Shown in pieces: positions 39,766-49,482 of a stretch of DNA of 49,482 nt; the stretch's first letter is position 1, and each line of letters begins with the position of its first letter. Location of the stretch: positions 1 through 49,482 of the forward strand of contig LWCA01000133.1 in assembly GCA_001642005.1 (NCBI GenBank), written 5' to 3'. Origin of the DNA: Intoshia linei (taxonomy: Eukaryota > Animalia > Orthonectida). Below the pieces are notes generated by a model. That model saw only the letters and a program-made list of their open reading frames with translations, made no database searches and was not told where the DNA came from. The translations under genes were made by a program, and so were the position numbers.

Positions 39766-42700
39766 ATGATAAACAATACTATTACTACAAATTTTGCACC
39801 ATTATTACCTCAGAGTGAAGAAAACAAAGTTGGTTCAACAACAGATGTTAATATTTTACTATCCTTGGAAAATTCGCTAATCCCGGATTTACTGGAAAAA
39901 GAAAACGAAAAAAAATCATTTGACCAGCAAAATGGTCTAATAGATGACAACATATACGATTTACGTTATTTTGGAGCTCATTTAATCCAAGTTGCTGGAA
40001 TTTTACTTGAATTACCTCAAGTGGTAATGGCCACTGGACAAGTATTATATCAACGTTTCTTTTGTAAAAACTCGTTTATAAAACACGATTTTGATATTTA
40101 CGCTTTTGCTTCTCTTTATCTTGCAGCTAAAATCGAAGAACACCCTAAAAGACTTAGAGTTATTTTAGTTGTATCTAATCATATTGTTCAATTGTTAGCA
40201 AACTCGTAATTTTAAGCAATTTATATATTTATCATCTTTAAGAAAAATAAAGCCATTAACCATTGAAGTTGTACACAAAAATAGATTGATCAGTGCCGAA
40301 CGAAAGTTGCTCAAAGATTTAGGATTCTGTGTGCACGTGAAACACCCTCACAAAGTAATTTCATTTTAATTTTTTGTATAATTATATCAGATGATTGTGT
40401 TGTATCTTCAATTTATGAATTTTGCTCGAACCAGTCTTTTGCAAAAATCATGGTATTTTTTAATTTATTACAATCGTAATTATTATTGTTTTGTTTTACA
40501 GAAAAACAATAATAATTATTATTTTTCACATGTTCAGTGTTAATGTTCTATTTTAATTGAGTAGATGCCAGAACAGTTGGTCGAAGGCAGAGATCAATTG
40601 GCTGCTTTGATAATTGTATATTGCCGTTTAGTTTACAAATTAAAAAAATTAATTATAGTTAATCCTGTTTTAGCTATTTTTAATAATGGAACGAGAGAAT
40701 GTCAGATTGACCTTGGCAGGCTTAGGTATCTATAAATTAAATAATTTATATTTTTAGATGCTTATGAATTTTTTTGTAAATTACATATTTATTTACTTTT
40801 CATAATTATTATTTTCTTTTTAACATTTTTAGATAGGCCTGCCCTGGTCGTAGTATTCTCTCGTTCAAACTCCGTTTTATTTTGTATTTATCTTTTAAAA
40901 GAGTAATATCTTTATAGGAACTACATGAATGATGCATTACGTACTACTCTTTTTGTTCAATTCTCACCTGAAACAATAGCCTGTGGATGTATTTATCTTG
41001 CTGCTAGAGACCAAGAGGTAGTTTTATTATTTTTTATTTATCATATTTTCAGAAACCTTTACCGGATAATCCTCACTGGTATTATCTTTATGGTGCTTCT
41101 ACTAAAGATGTTAAAAGTATATCCATCCAATTAGTCAAACTTTACGAACGCGAAAAGGTATTCAACATTTTAACATTTTTAGTTATATTTAGCCTTCGTA
41201 TTCTTCACTTATCAAGTTAGTCAAAGAATGTAAGGATAAAAGTGTAAAACGTAAGATTGATTCACTCACTATTGGTGGATCCATTGATCAACTACGTAAT
41301 TATATTTTTTGGGTCAAGTAAATGATGTTTTATAAATACAATGAAACCCTTCATAACGGACAAAAGAGTATCCGATTATAACTAAAAATTTCACTGATGT
41401 TTAAGCTTTTAATAAAGGCTTTATTTTTTTTTAGAGCAAAATTACTTTTATTTTGAATGTCACCTCTAAATAGCGAACACAACTAATAAAAACTAAAAAT
41501 TACGTAAATTTGTTTGTTAAACTTGTTATCTGTTGTTGTTGTATACTTGTTAAACAATGGTTCTAAAGCCTTTTTATTATCGACTTATTAAATTTAAATT
41601 ATTATCTTAGATTTTATATTTAACAATTTTAAAGTAAATCTTTAAAGGGAAATAAGTAGAACGTTAGTTTATGATGTATCATCATTGGAATAGGTCCATT
41701 TTTTACCAAGTTAAAGCTGCCAGATTAAAAACGTACTTATATTACTTGGTTACAAAATTATAATGTTGAATTGGAGTTTTATAAGTTTTTAATTTTAAAT
41801 TATATAAAATACAATTGTAAATTAAAATTTAATTTAAATATTTTATTATTTGAATTAATCGTACACCATAGCGTATTACATTTTAAAAATTATTAAAGTT
41901 TATAATAAACTTAAATTTTTAGTACGTTTTTATCAGTGCTGCCTAAAACGTACTTTTAAAAAAACGTACTTCTGGCAGCTTTAGTTAAGTAGAAATAAAA
42001 ATAGCTCAGTTAAAATGTCAAATGATGTTAATACAAAGAATTAGAAATTTAAAAATTTGATATGAGTAGCACTGGTATATACAGTACCAATTTTCGTTAA
42101 AACTTTAATATAATTCACTAATTATTAAGTAGTAAATACCCTCGACAAATCCCACATAAATCTTTTTGATTGGTACTCCAATTCCATGAACCGACGACAA
42201 TAATCTCCTGAAAATTGTTACAATCAGACTTGTATTTATATTACGTTAATATTTATATTTGGAAATTTTGACATTGATCAGATTGGTTCAAACCTGCAAT
42301 TTATAGAATTGTAGTATATATTGATTGTCACTTATTCAATAATAATGATTGAATAAACTCAAAATTTATACATTTATCATTTCGCAGTAATTTAAAACGG
42401 ATGCTGATTAATTTGAAACAAATTTTTCGTCATGAATACGAATGGTTAAAAAAAATTTATTGTGAATTTGAGAAACAGAATCTAGGTAACTGATAAGGCA
42501 TTTTATATTTTTAGTAATACGGTATGGGGAATCAACTGTAATTGAAATTCTTTTAAATTTGCCGGTCCAATGTATAATACTCGTTACTTCTGGATCGGAA
42601 GTTGATGTATATAATATCATGTCTCAGATTTCTATGGAACACACATATACAGTACACCGCCATAAAGATACCTTACATTTCAAAATTCCAAATTCACACA

Positions 42701-44282
42701 CACTTGTACGTGTTTCCACTTTAGAATACACTGCACTGTGCACCAAAAATTACTACACCAATTTCCATTCGTATTCTGAACGTAGAGATGTTACAATTGA
42801 TGCAATGTTTATTAGTAATTTTTAATATCCCTTTTCATCGATTTAGCAATGGATGGAAAACTAATAGATTATCATAATGGTTATTGTGATTTGAATAATA
42901 GTACAATCAAGTTTATTCCTGTTGATAATTGCCACGTCTTGTGTGCTTTTTGTAAAATTATTAATTATTTTAGGTATCAGTTTCAAATTTAAATTATACA
43001 TTTTAAAAATAAAAACATCACAAAACATGAATAAATATAGCAAATCTTAAATTCTGTCAACTAAATCCTTACTTTTAAAATATGCTTAGGGTTGCCAACT
43101 GCGTTATTTCCCCCCTGAGACTTCGGGTTTTCAAATTAAACTCAGGGATTAGGGTAATTTAATTATTTCAATCAAAATCATCAGATCAGACATATTTTAT
43201 TTATATTATATGAATAAGCGAATTACACATAAAATTCAATATGACATGTCATGTGCTATTTGTTATGAAAAATTTTAAGTATTCATTTTCAAATTTGCAA
43301 TAAAAGTGTGTAAACTGTTATAATTTTTTGAAAAAGAGATCCAAAGTAAAAGAGGGCCTCCAAAAATTTTTTTAAATAACAAAAAAAATAACACACTTCG
43401 CTCAAAAATTCGGGTTGAGGATAACTTAATGTTGGTAATCCTAAATATCCTGCGTAATATTTGTCTGTGTGTGTTTTAGCGTTTAGTTCAATAACTACCA
43501 GTCTTAGAATTTTATAAAGTTCACAATTCAAGTACAGTTTTTTTCCGGGACATAATAAGATAAATTTCAATTTCCAAACTCACATCTTTTGGGCCAAAAA
43601 CTCCNATTATATAAAATACAATTGTAAATTAAAATTTAATTTAAATATTTTATTATTTGAATTAATCGTACACCATAGCGTATTACATTTTAAAAATTAT
43701 TAAAGTTTATAATAAACTTAAATTTTTAGTACGTTTTTATCAGTGCTGCCTAAAACGTACTTCTAGCAGCTTTAACTAAGTTCGTTGACATTTATAATTA
43801 TTTTACTTTTAATTAAAACCAATGCGGCCACATCAATTAATTTTAAATCTAAACATACTTTATTTATTTGATCCATAAATATATATTACTATATTAGTTA
43901 TATTTATTTTAGGGTATGCCACTGAAGTTTCAAAGTATTAATTGTTAGTTTCATTATTTTAATTATGTTTAGACATTCAATAAAAAATAAACACAAACAT
44001 AAATCTAAAACAGATTCTCACAGCGAACATCGCCACCGTGACAAACATAAAAATCATGTAAAATCTAGTAAAAAATCACGTAGCAGAGAAAATAAAAACG
44101 ACTATCATTCCCGTAGGCACAAGGTTTACAATCGAAAAAGGTACCACTCTTCAGATGATGACAGTGACCATAAAATGAAAATGCGATCTAGGTCACTTAA
44201 AAAAATTTCTTCGAGATTGGATTTACATAAAATTTCTGTTAAGGAAGAAACTAATAACCATTATAGAAACCACAAAACCTAA
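39766..44282 (+). CDS. CCNL1: Cyclin L (two cyclin folds plus an RS/basic tail)
   Basis: [80 protein letters not shown]; last exon Arg/Ser/His/Lys-rich. Middle exon joins across the ~2.6-kb intron are uncertain. Confidence 0.92.
41712..41983. mobile_element. Small MITE in the cyclin L intron
   Basis: TIRs TAAAGCTGCCAGA...TCTGGCAGCTTTA with AAAACGTACT subterminal repeats; no clean TSD. Confidence 0.65.
43606..43774 (+). repeat. Near-identical second copy of the 3' part of the 41712-41983 MITE
   Basis: 43606-43762 matches ~41799-41955 and begins immediately after the single N at 43605. Confidence 0.8.
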
Positions 44283-45557
44283 TTTATTGTACATTTATTG
44301 AATACATTTTCATTTTTATATTACAATGTATCTGCTTAATCTAAAATATATTCATTTTAAACTGACTTAATTCAATTGTTAAGATAGCTATCATTGGAAA
44401 TCCAATAAGGCTTAGATTTCACCTCGAAATCTTTTAAACCAAATTTAACTTTTTGTAGTTTAAAACATGGTTACCATGCATATCGTATATTTTCGGTATC
44501 TATCACTAATGTAATGCCCTTATACTCATACTGTAAAATCTAACGTAAATGTACCTCAAAATCATTAAACTATCAATGTTTACAGATTCAAATAGTGTAC
44601 CGGTCCCCATTTCAACATAATTTATTTTTTTGGACCAAAGGAAAGAGGAAATATAAAACATGAAAAAATTAAAGGTTTTTATCATAAGATTGATAAAAAT
44701 TCATTCATATTTATAAAAAAAAATATCGGTGATAGTGCATTATTCCCGGACGGGTTTGAAATTTTATTGGTGAGAAAAGTGGGATTTTTGAAATAATAAT
44801 GTAGTGGTCAATTTAGGCGTTGGGATGAATTCCTACATCTAGAATCTGTAATAAATATTAAAAATTCTATGAAAATAAAAAAAGTTGATAAAAATTTTTT
44901 CTATATTTTATTTTAATCTTGCACCACCAAGCATAGAATTTTGAACTTAATAGGGAATCATTGGTCTAAATGTATATTTAATAAAAGCAGATTTAAATAA
45001 ATTACTTTCTCATTTGATTCGGTTGTACACAATGTGTGCTGCACCAATTTGTTAAAAAATATTTTAATTTGGAAATATCTGAAATCCTATCGATGATATA
45101 GTGATTCGATTCAATTGCATCAATAAAAACGACATTACTTAATGAATGGCCTAATAACTTGTGATCTTGTTAGGTTTTTTTAATGTTTAACAGTTCTTTT
45201 CAAATTTTTTGGTTTTCAGGTATCTACAGTGGCAATGTAATTTTACAAAACCAATGAAAATTTACATTGATTCTATCAGCTCTATTATGCATTTCTAAGA
45301 AAATTAATGTACATTGTACAACAGTTGTTTTGTTTGCCAATTGTGAATTAGAAATAACTCAATATATCTGAATTATAACTATTAACTTTTTTAATACATG
45401 TGTAATTTTGTAACGTTATAAAATTAAGTGGTATACATGAATTTAAAGCAAATTTCAATGCGACGCTATATTAATAGTGTTCTAATTTTTAACTAAAAGT
45501 ACATTTGTTTTACATGCATCGCATTACTATACAGACGATATAGTTAATATATTTTAT

Positions 45558-46832
45558 ATGGAAGATAAATTCTTGAACGGGGCATGTGCAATATCTTTTA
45601 TACTGTTTTACTTGACGAGCCGCAGTCAATATAAAAGACAGATATACTCAACAGCTTATTTTGTCTTACACATCATCACTTTCAGAAAAAATGCTTTCAT
45701 CTTTTTTTGTGGTCCATTGATAAATATTACTTTAATCTACGTCGCACAAGCAATTGTAAGGGAAAAATCTTTATTATGTAAAAACTTATATTATATTGGA
45801 CTATGTTGGACTCTGTTCTGGTCCCTTATTATGCATCAAGTGCTTGGAGTATCCATTGAAAATAGTATGAGCTACGTAGCGACAATTTTCACAACAGCTA
45901 GAATGATTTATGCTGTCAGTTATGCCAATTTGAAAAACTCGGTAAGCCAAGAAAATTCGAAAGAGACATACATCAAATGTTTCAAAGAACTTTTTTACTA
46001 TGAAACCTCTATTTGCGGATTTTTCGGCCCCATCTATAACTACCAACAGTTTTTGAGTTTAAATGTTCCCAGTAAAAGCCACTATAATGTCCTCGCAATT
46101 GTAGAAGGATCATTTTTGTATATCTCTGTCCAAACGTTGATTATTTTAATAAACCCTGTCAAAAATTTGAATTACCTTCTATTTAATTCTTCATTATTTT
46201 ACAAAATTGGATATATGTTAGTTATGTCCTATCTAATGCAAATTCGAATTTATAGTGGATTTTTATTCGGTGAAATATCCATGAATCTATGCGGAATACC
46301 AGTGTACAAAAAAAATAAACTATATCTGGAAAAAAACAAAAATCATTGGATTCGAGGAGTAAATTTTTTTCAATATAAATCAGAGTTTTCTTTTAGAAAG
46401 GCCTTGAGACTGTGGAATATGCCAACACAATCATGGATATATTATTGTATATACAAAAAGAACAACTTGTCTAATCTAAACAGACATACCTCTTTCAACA
46501 TTGTCATTTGCTTTAATATTTTATGGCATGGACCTTACTCCATTTATTTTTATTCCATGTCTTTATTTTTGTGTGTGATACACATTCAAACTTTTATACT
46601 GGAACTATACGATAAAAAAACAAATTGTATTCACAAAGGAAAATTTGATTTAATTTTCAAAGTATTTATGTGGGTTATTTCTGATATTACTTTTGGATAT
46701 TTTATTCTTGTTCTATATACAGATAATGCTTACCTCATTTGGCAATTTTGGTGTAGCATGTACCATTTTATTCCTATTTTATGGATGTTTTTATTTATAA
46801 TATCATTGCTAGTCAAATTATTCTTAATGTAA
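45558..46832 (+). CDS. Membrane-bound O-acyltransferase (MBOAT7/LPLAT-like), intronless
   Basis: 424-aa multi-TM ORF with FFGPIYNY, RLWNMPTQSW (Asn) and LWHG (catalytic His) motifs. Confidence 0.85.
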   Translation: MEDKFLNGACAISFILFYLTSRSQYKRQIYSTAYFVLHIITFRKNAFIFFCGPLINITLIYVAQAIVREKSLLCKNLYYIGLCWTLFWSLIMHQVLGVSIENSMSYVATIFTTARMIYAVSYANLKNSVSQENSKETYIKCFKELFYYETSICGFFGPIYNYQQFLSLNVPSKSHYNVLAIVEGSFLYISVQTLIILINPVKNLNYLLFNSSLFYKIGYMLVMSYLMQIRIYSGFLFGEISMNLCGIPVYKKNKLYLEKNKNHWIRGVNFFQYKSEFSFRKALRLWNMPTQSWIYYCIYKKNNLSNLNRHTSFNIVICFNILWHGPYSIYFYSMSLFLCVIHIQTFILELYDKKTNCIHKGKFDLIFKVFMWVISDITFGYFILVLYTDNAYLIWQFWCSMYHFIPILWMFLFIISLLVKLFLM

Positions 46833-47084
46833 ATTTTGTTTAATAAATATTATTATTTGAAACGATTTAAATTTGAAAATAAAAATATACTGATCACGAA
46901 AATTTCAGATATTTAATAGTATACATACATACAATACATGTATACTAATAGTGACATGAAAATATTCGAAAAATGGTTGATTTTGTTCACTATAGTGTGG
47001 TGTTCTAGTGTCTAGATACGTTTAGCCATTACATTTCCATACATTTTAAAATTTAATACAAACATTTAATTCATCAGAAAGAGA

Positions 47085-47300
47085 GATAATGATATGGGCT
47101 TGATTTGGTATGAAAGGTAAATATGATATATGATTCATTACCGTAAAGATAAAGTCCAAAAAATACATGACTTCTTACAAAATAATAATATTGACGTTGC
47201 GAATTTGCCAGCGTGCATTCCGACCCTAAATCCAATTGAAAAGTGTGGATTATGCCAAGAGCTGTTTATTATGATGAAAATCAATACCATTCTACTCAAA
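47085..47300 (+). pseudogene. Tc1/mariner transposase remnant
   Basis: MIWA*FGMKG and DFLQNNNIDVANLPACIPTLNPIEK resemble the VMVWG...G and WPxxSPDLNPIE motifs. Confidence 0.75.
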
Positions 47301-47798
47301 TTCTATTATAATGAAAATTTATAATTATAAATTTAAAACGCAATAAACTTTATTATAAATATAACATTTGTGAACAAACCAATTTTACGATGGGGATAAT
47401 AACGTTAATATATAGTTTAATTTTAAAATATAATAGTAATATTTTTGGTTATTATTACATTCTTATATTATTAAAATGTTAAAATCTAATTAGGGCTGTA
47501 ATTTCACTACAGTAATATATTATTGTAAAATTCTTATAACCAGAACTGAAGATTACATTATCGCTGTATAGCATTATTTATTTTACTTCAATACAGAATT
47601 TACATTACTTTAATACTCTCTATCAAAACATTACAAGGGCATTGTGTTCTTTAGGTTATCTTAATATAAACTTTATACTTTTAGTTTATATAAAATATTC
47701 TGAAAATGAATTTGTATTATCACTCAAATATATCCAAATTTGTTACCATTAAAAAATATATATTGTGGCTTGTATTATTAAATATAAATTTGTAAAAA

Positions 47799-48871
47799 AT
47801 GGCTAGCACCTATACTTTAACAGAACATCAAGTTTTAAAGGTACATGCAATTAATTCAAATAATATACATTATAGAAAAAACAAGAAAAAAAATTTACAT
47901 CTTCTAAAGAATTTCTGATAGAATTATCCAAAGTAATTTTTTTAAATTATTTTTCATATTCAAAACCAGACATTGAATATAACAATTACCAACAATCAAG
48001 ATATTGATTTATATTTTAATATAATTGGAATTGATGTAGCTATTGTAAATTCCTACCGTAGGATTATTTTATCCGAGGTAATTAATTTTAAAACTCAAAA
48101 TAATAATTTAAGGTTTCAACGATGGCAGTTGATGAAGTTCACATGATAAAAAATGATTCTGTTATTCCTGATGAAGTATTGGCACATCGTTTTGGTATGG
48201 TACCGTTTGATATTGATCCTCGTGCTTTTTTTACAAAGTCTTCTGGTATGTAAATGAAATGTATTAATTCATTCGTAATTAATTTTTAGATAAATTTCAC
48301 AACAATGATAACGAAACTGTCAAATTTCGAATTGAGATTAAGAATAATTTTACAACTAAAGAAATTGAAAAAAATGAACAATTACAATATTTGAGTGGTA
48401 TTTTTGTGTTGTAATCTTTTAATCTTAATATTATAGTTTATAGTGATTGTTTGAAATGGATACCCCTTGGCCAACAACGTGTTAGGGTAATTTTATGGTG
48501 TTTTATTTTGTAAATGTTGTATAGCTTGTTAATGACCCCAAGCCAATATGTAAAGACATTCTTTTAGCTAAATTGTCTCAGAAGCAGGTATATATTTATT
48601 ATAATCATATAATGTTCATCTTTATAGGAAATTGTAGCAGATATGTACTGTTTAAAATCGAATGGTATGGACCATGCTAAATTTTCTCCAGTTGGTATGA
48701 AATAATATGGACAAATTGGTCAATTTTAATTCACATAAGCATTCTAAAGTTAAAATTGAGCAATTCCTTTCCTTTTTTTTTTATAATTTTAACAAAAATT
48801 TTAGCTACAGCGTCTTACAAATTATTATCAAAAATTGAGATTTTACGGGATATTTATGGAGATGAAGCAAA
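47799..48871 (+). CDS. POLR1C: RNA polymerase I/III shared subunit AC40 (5' part; continues beyond recognised exons/window)
   Basis: GIDVAIVNSYRRIILSEVSTMAV, NDSVIPDEVLAHRFGMVP, DILLAKL, GMDHAKFSPVATASYKLL; C-terminal exons not seen. Confidence 0.93.
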
Positions 48872-49482
48872 GGTATATTTATAATATAGTAAGTCTCCCA
48901 TATTGTAGATGTACAAAATATTCGTTTTGTATTATGTAGAACATTTTTTTTAAAAATTATTGAAAAACGATGCATATTTTATTAATGAATGTATAGTAAC
49001 TAACTTGGGTAGATTCTACCCAATGAAATGTACACATTTTCCTTTTATTATATACTAGGTTAACTTTTAGCTGTTGTTTTGCATTATGTAATGTATAAAA
49101 CTATACCATTTACAATCCAATTTCACTAAACTGAAATCTGATTTCGCAAAACTGAAATTCAATTTCGCAACTAGGAAACATATCATTTTTTTATATTGGT
49201 TTTATGATAAAAACCTTATTTTATCGCGGTTTATTTGATGTTTTATTTATTTTTAAAAATTTTCTCTTATCGTAGTATCATTTTTGATATCATTTCAAAA
49301 ATTTTATATAAAATTTTATCAAAAAGTTAAGTATTATACAATTCTAAATATTTATTAATGTTTAAATCAGAATGCCAACACGAGGTCCATATACGAAAAG
49401 TACGGTTGAGATGAGAAAATTGATTATTGATACGTATGACAATGACAGGGACTGGAAAGCTATATGCACCACTTTGGGAGTA

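Noticed and set aside
43605-43774. Direct duplication of 41799-41955 as a biological segmental duplication or composite transposon
   Set aside because: It starts exactly at an N in a repeat, so an assembly join or a second MITE copy is more likely; needs long reads
1-49482. Alternative genetic code, selenoprotein, CRISPR array or prokaryotic system
   Set aside because: Conserved genes splice cleanly and end in standard stops; in-frame stops occur only in decayed intronic debris; no SECIS, repeat-spacer array or bacterial-type operon seen

Overview
This is a very AT-rich, gene-dense eukaryotic window with animal-type genes. Most introns are GT-AG micro-introns of about 30-50 nt; a few larger introns are packed with DNA-transposon debris. 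The architecture resembles a compact parasitic metazoan genome such as an orthonectid, but that is inference only. The supplied ORF track fragments most genes, so I rebuilt the gene models by manual splicing. In order they are: Rab11(+), UPF3(-), MIX23/CCDC58(+), orphan(-), PHF10(+), orphan coiled-coil(-), MRPS10(-), PNPT1(+), TRMT6(-), EIF2B1(+), FERM-domain gene(-), dynamin(-) with ARMH1(+) nested antisense in one of its introns, ATP5PF(-), cyclin L(+), an intronless MBOAT(+) and POLR1C(+, runs off the window). The most notable observations are: (1) ARMH1 nested inside the dynamin GED intron; (2) a PH-containing dynamin with no proline-rich tail; (3) convergent genes whose stop codons are only 2-18 nt apart; (4) 5' splice sites reduced to about GT[A/T]; (5) a fold-back element with hAT-like ends carrying a Merlin/ISXO2-type transposase relic; (6) loss of one zinc site of the PHF10 double PHD finger; (7) weak hints of trans-splicing. 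Family assignments come from recalled conserved motifs, not database searches.
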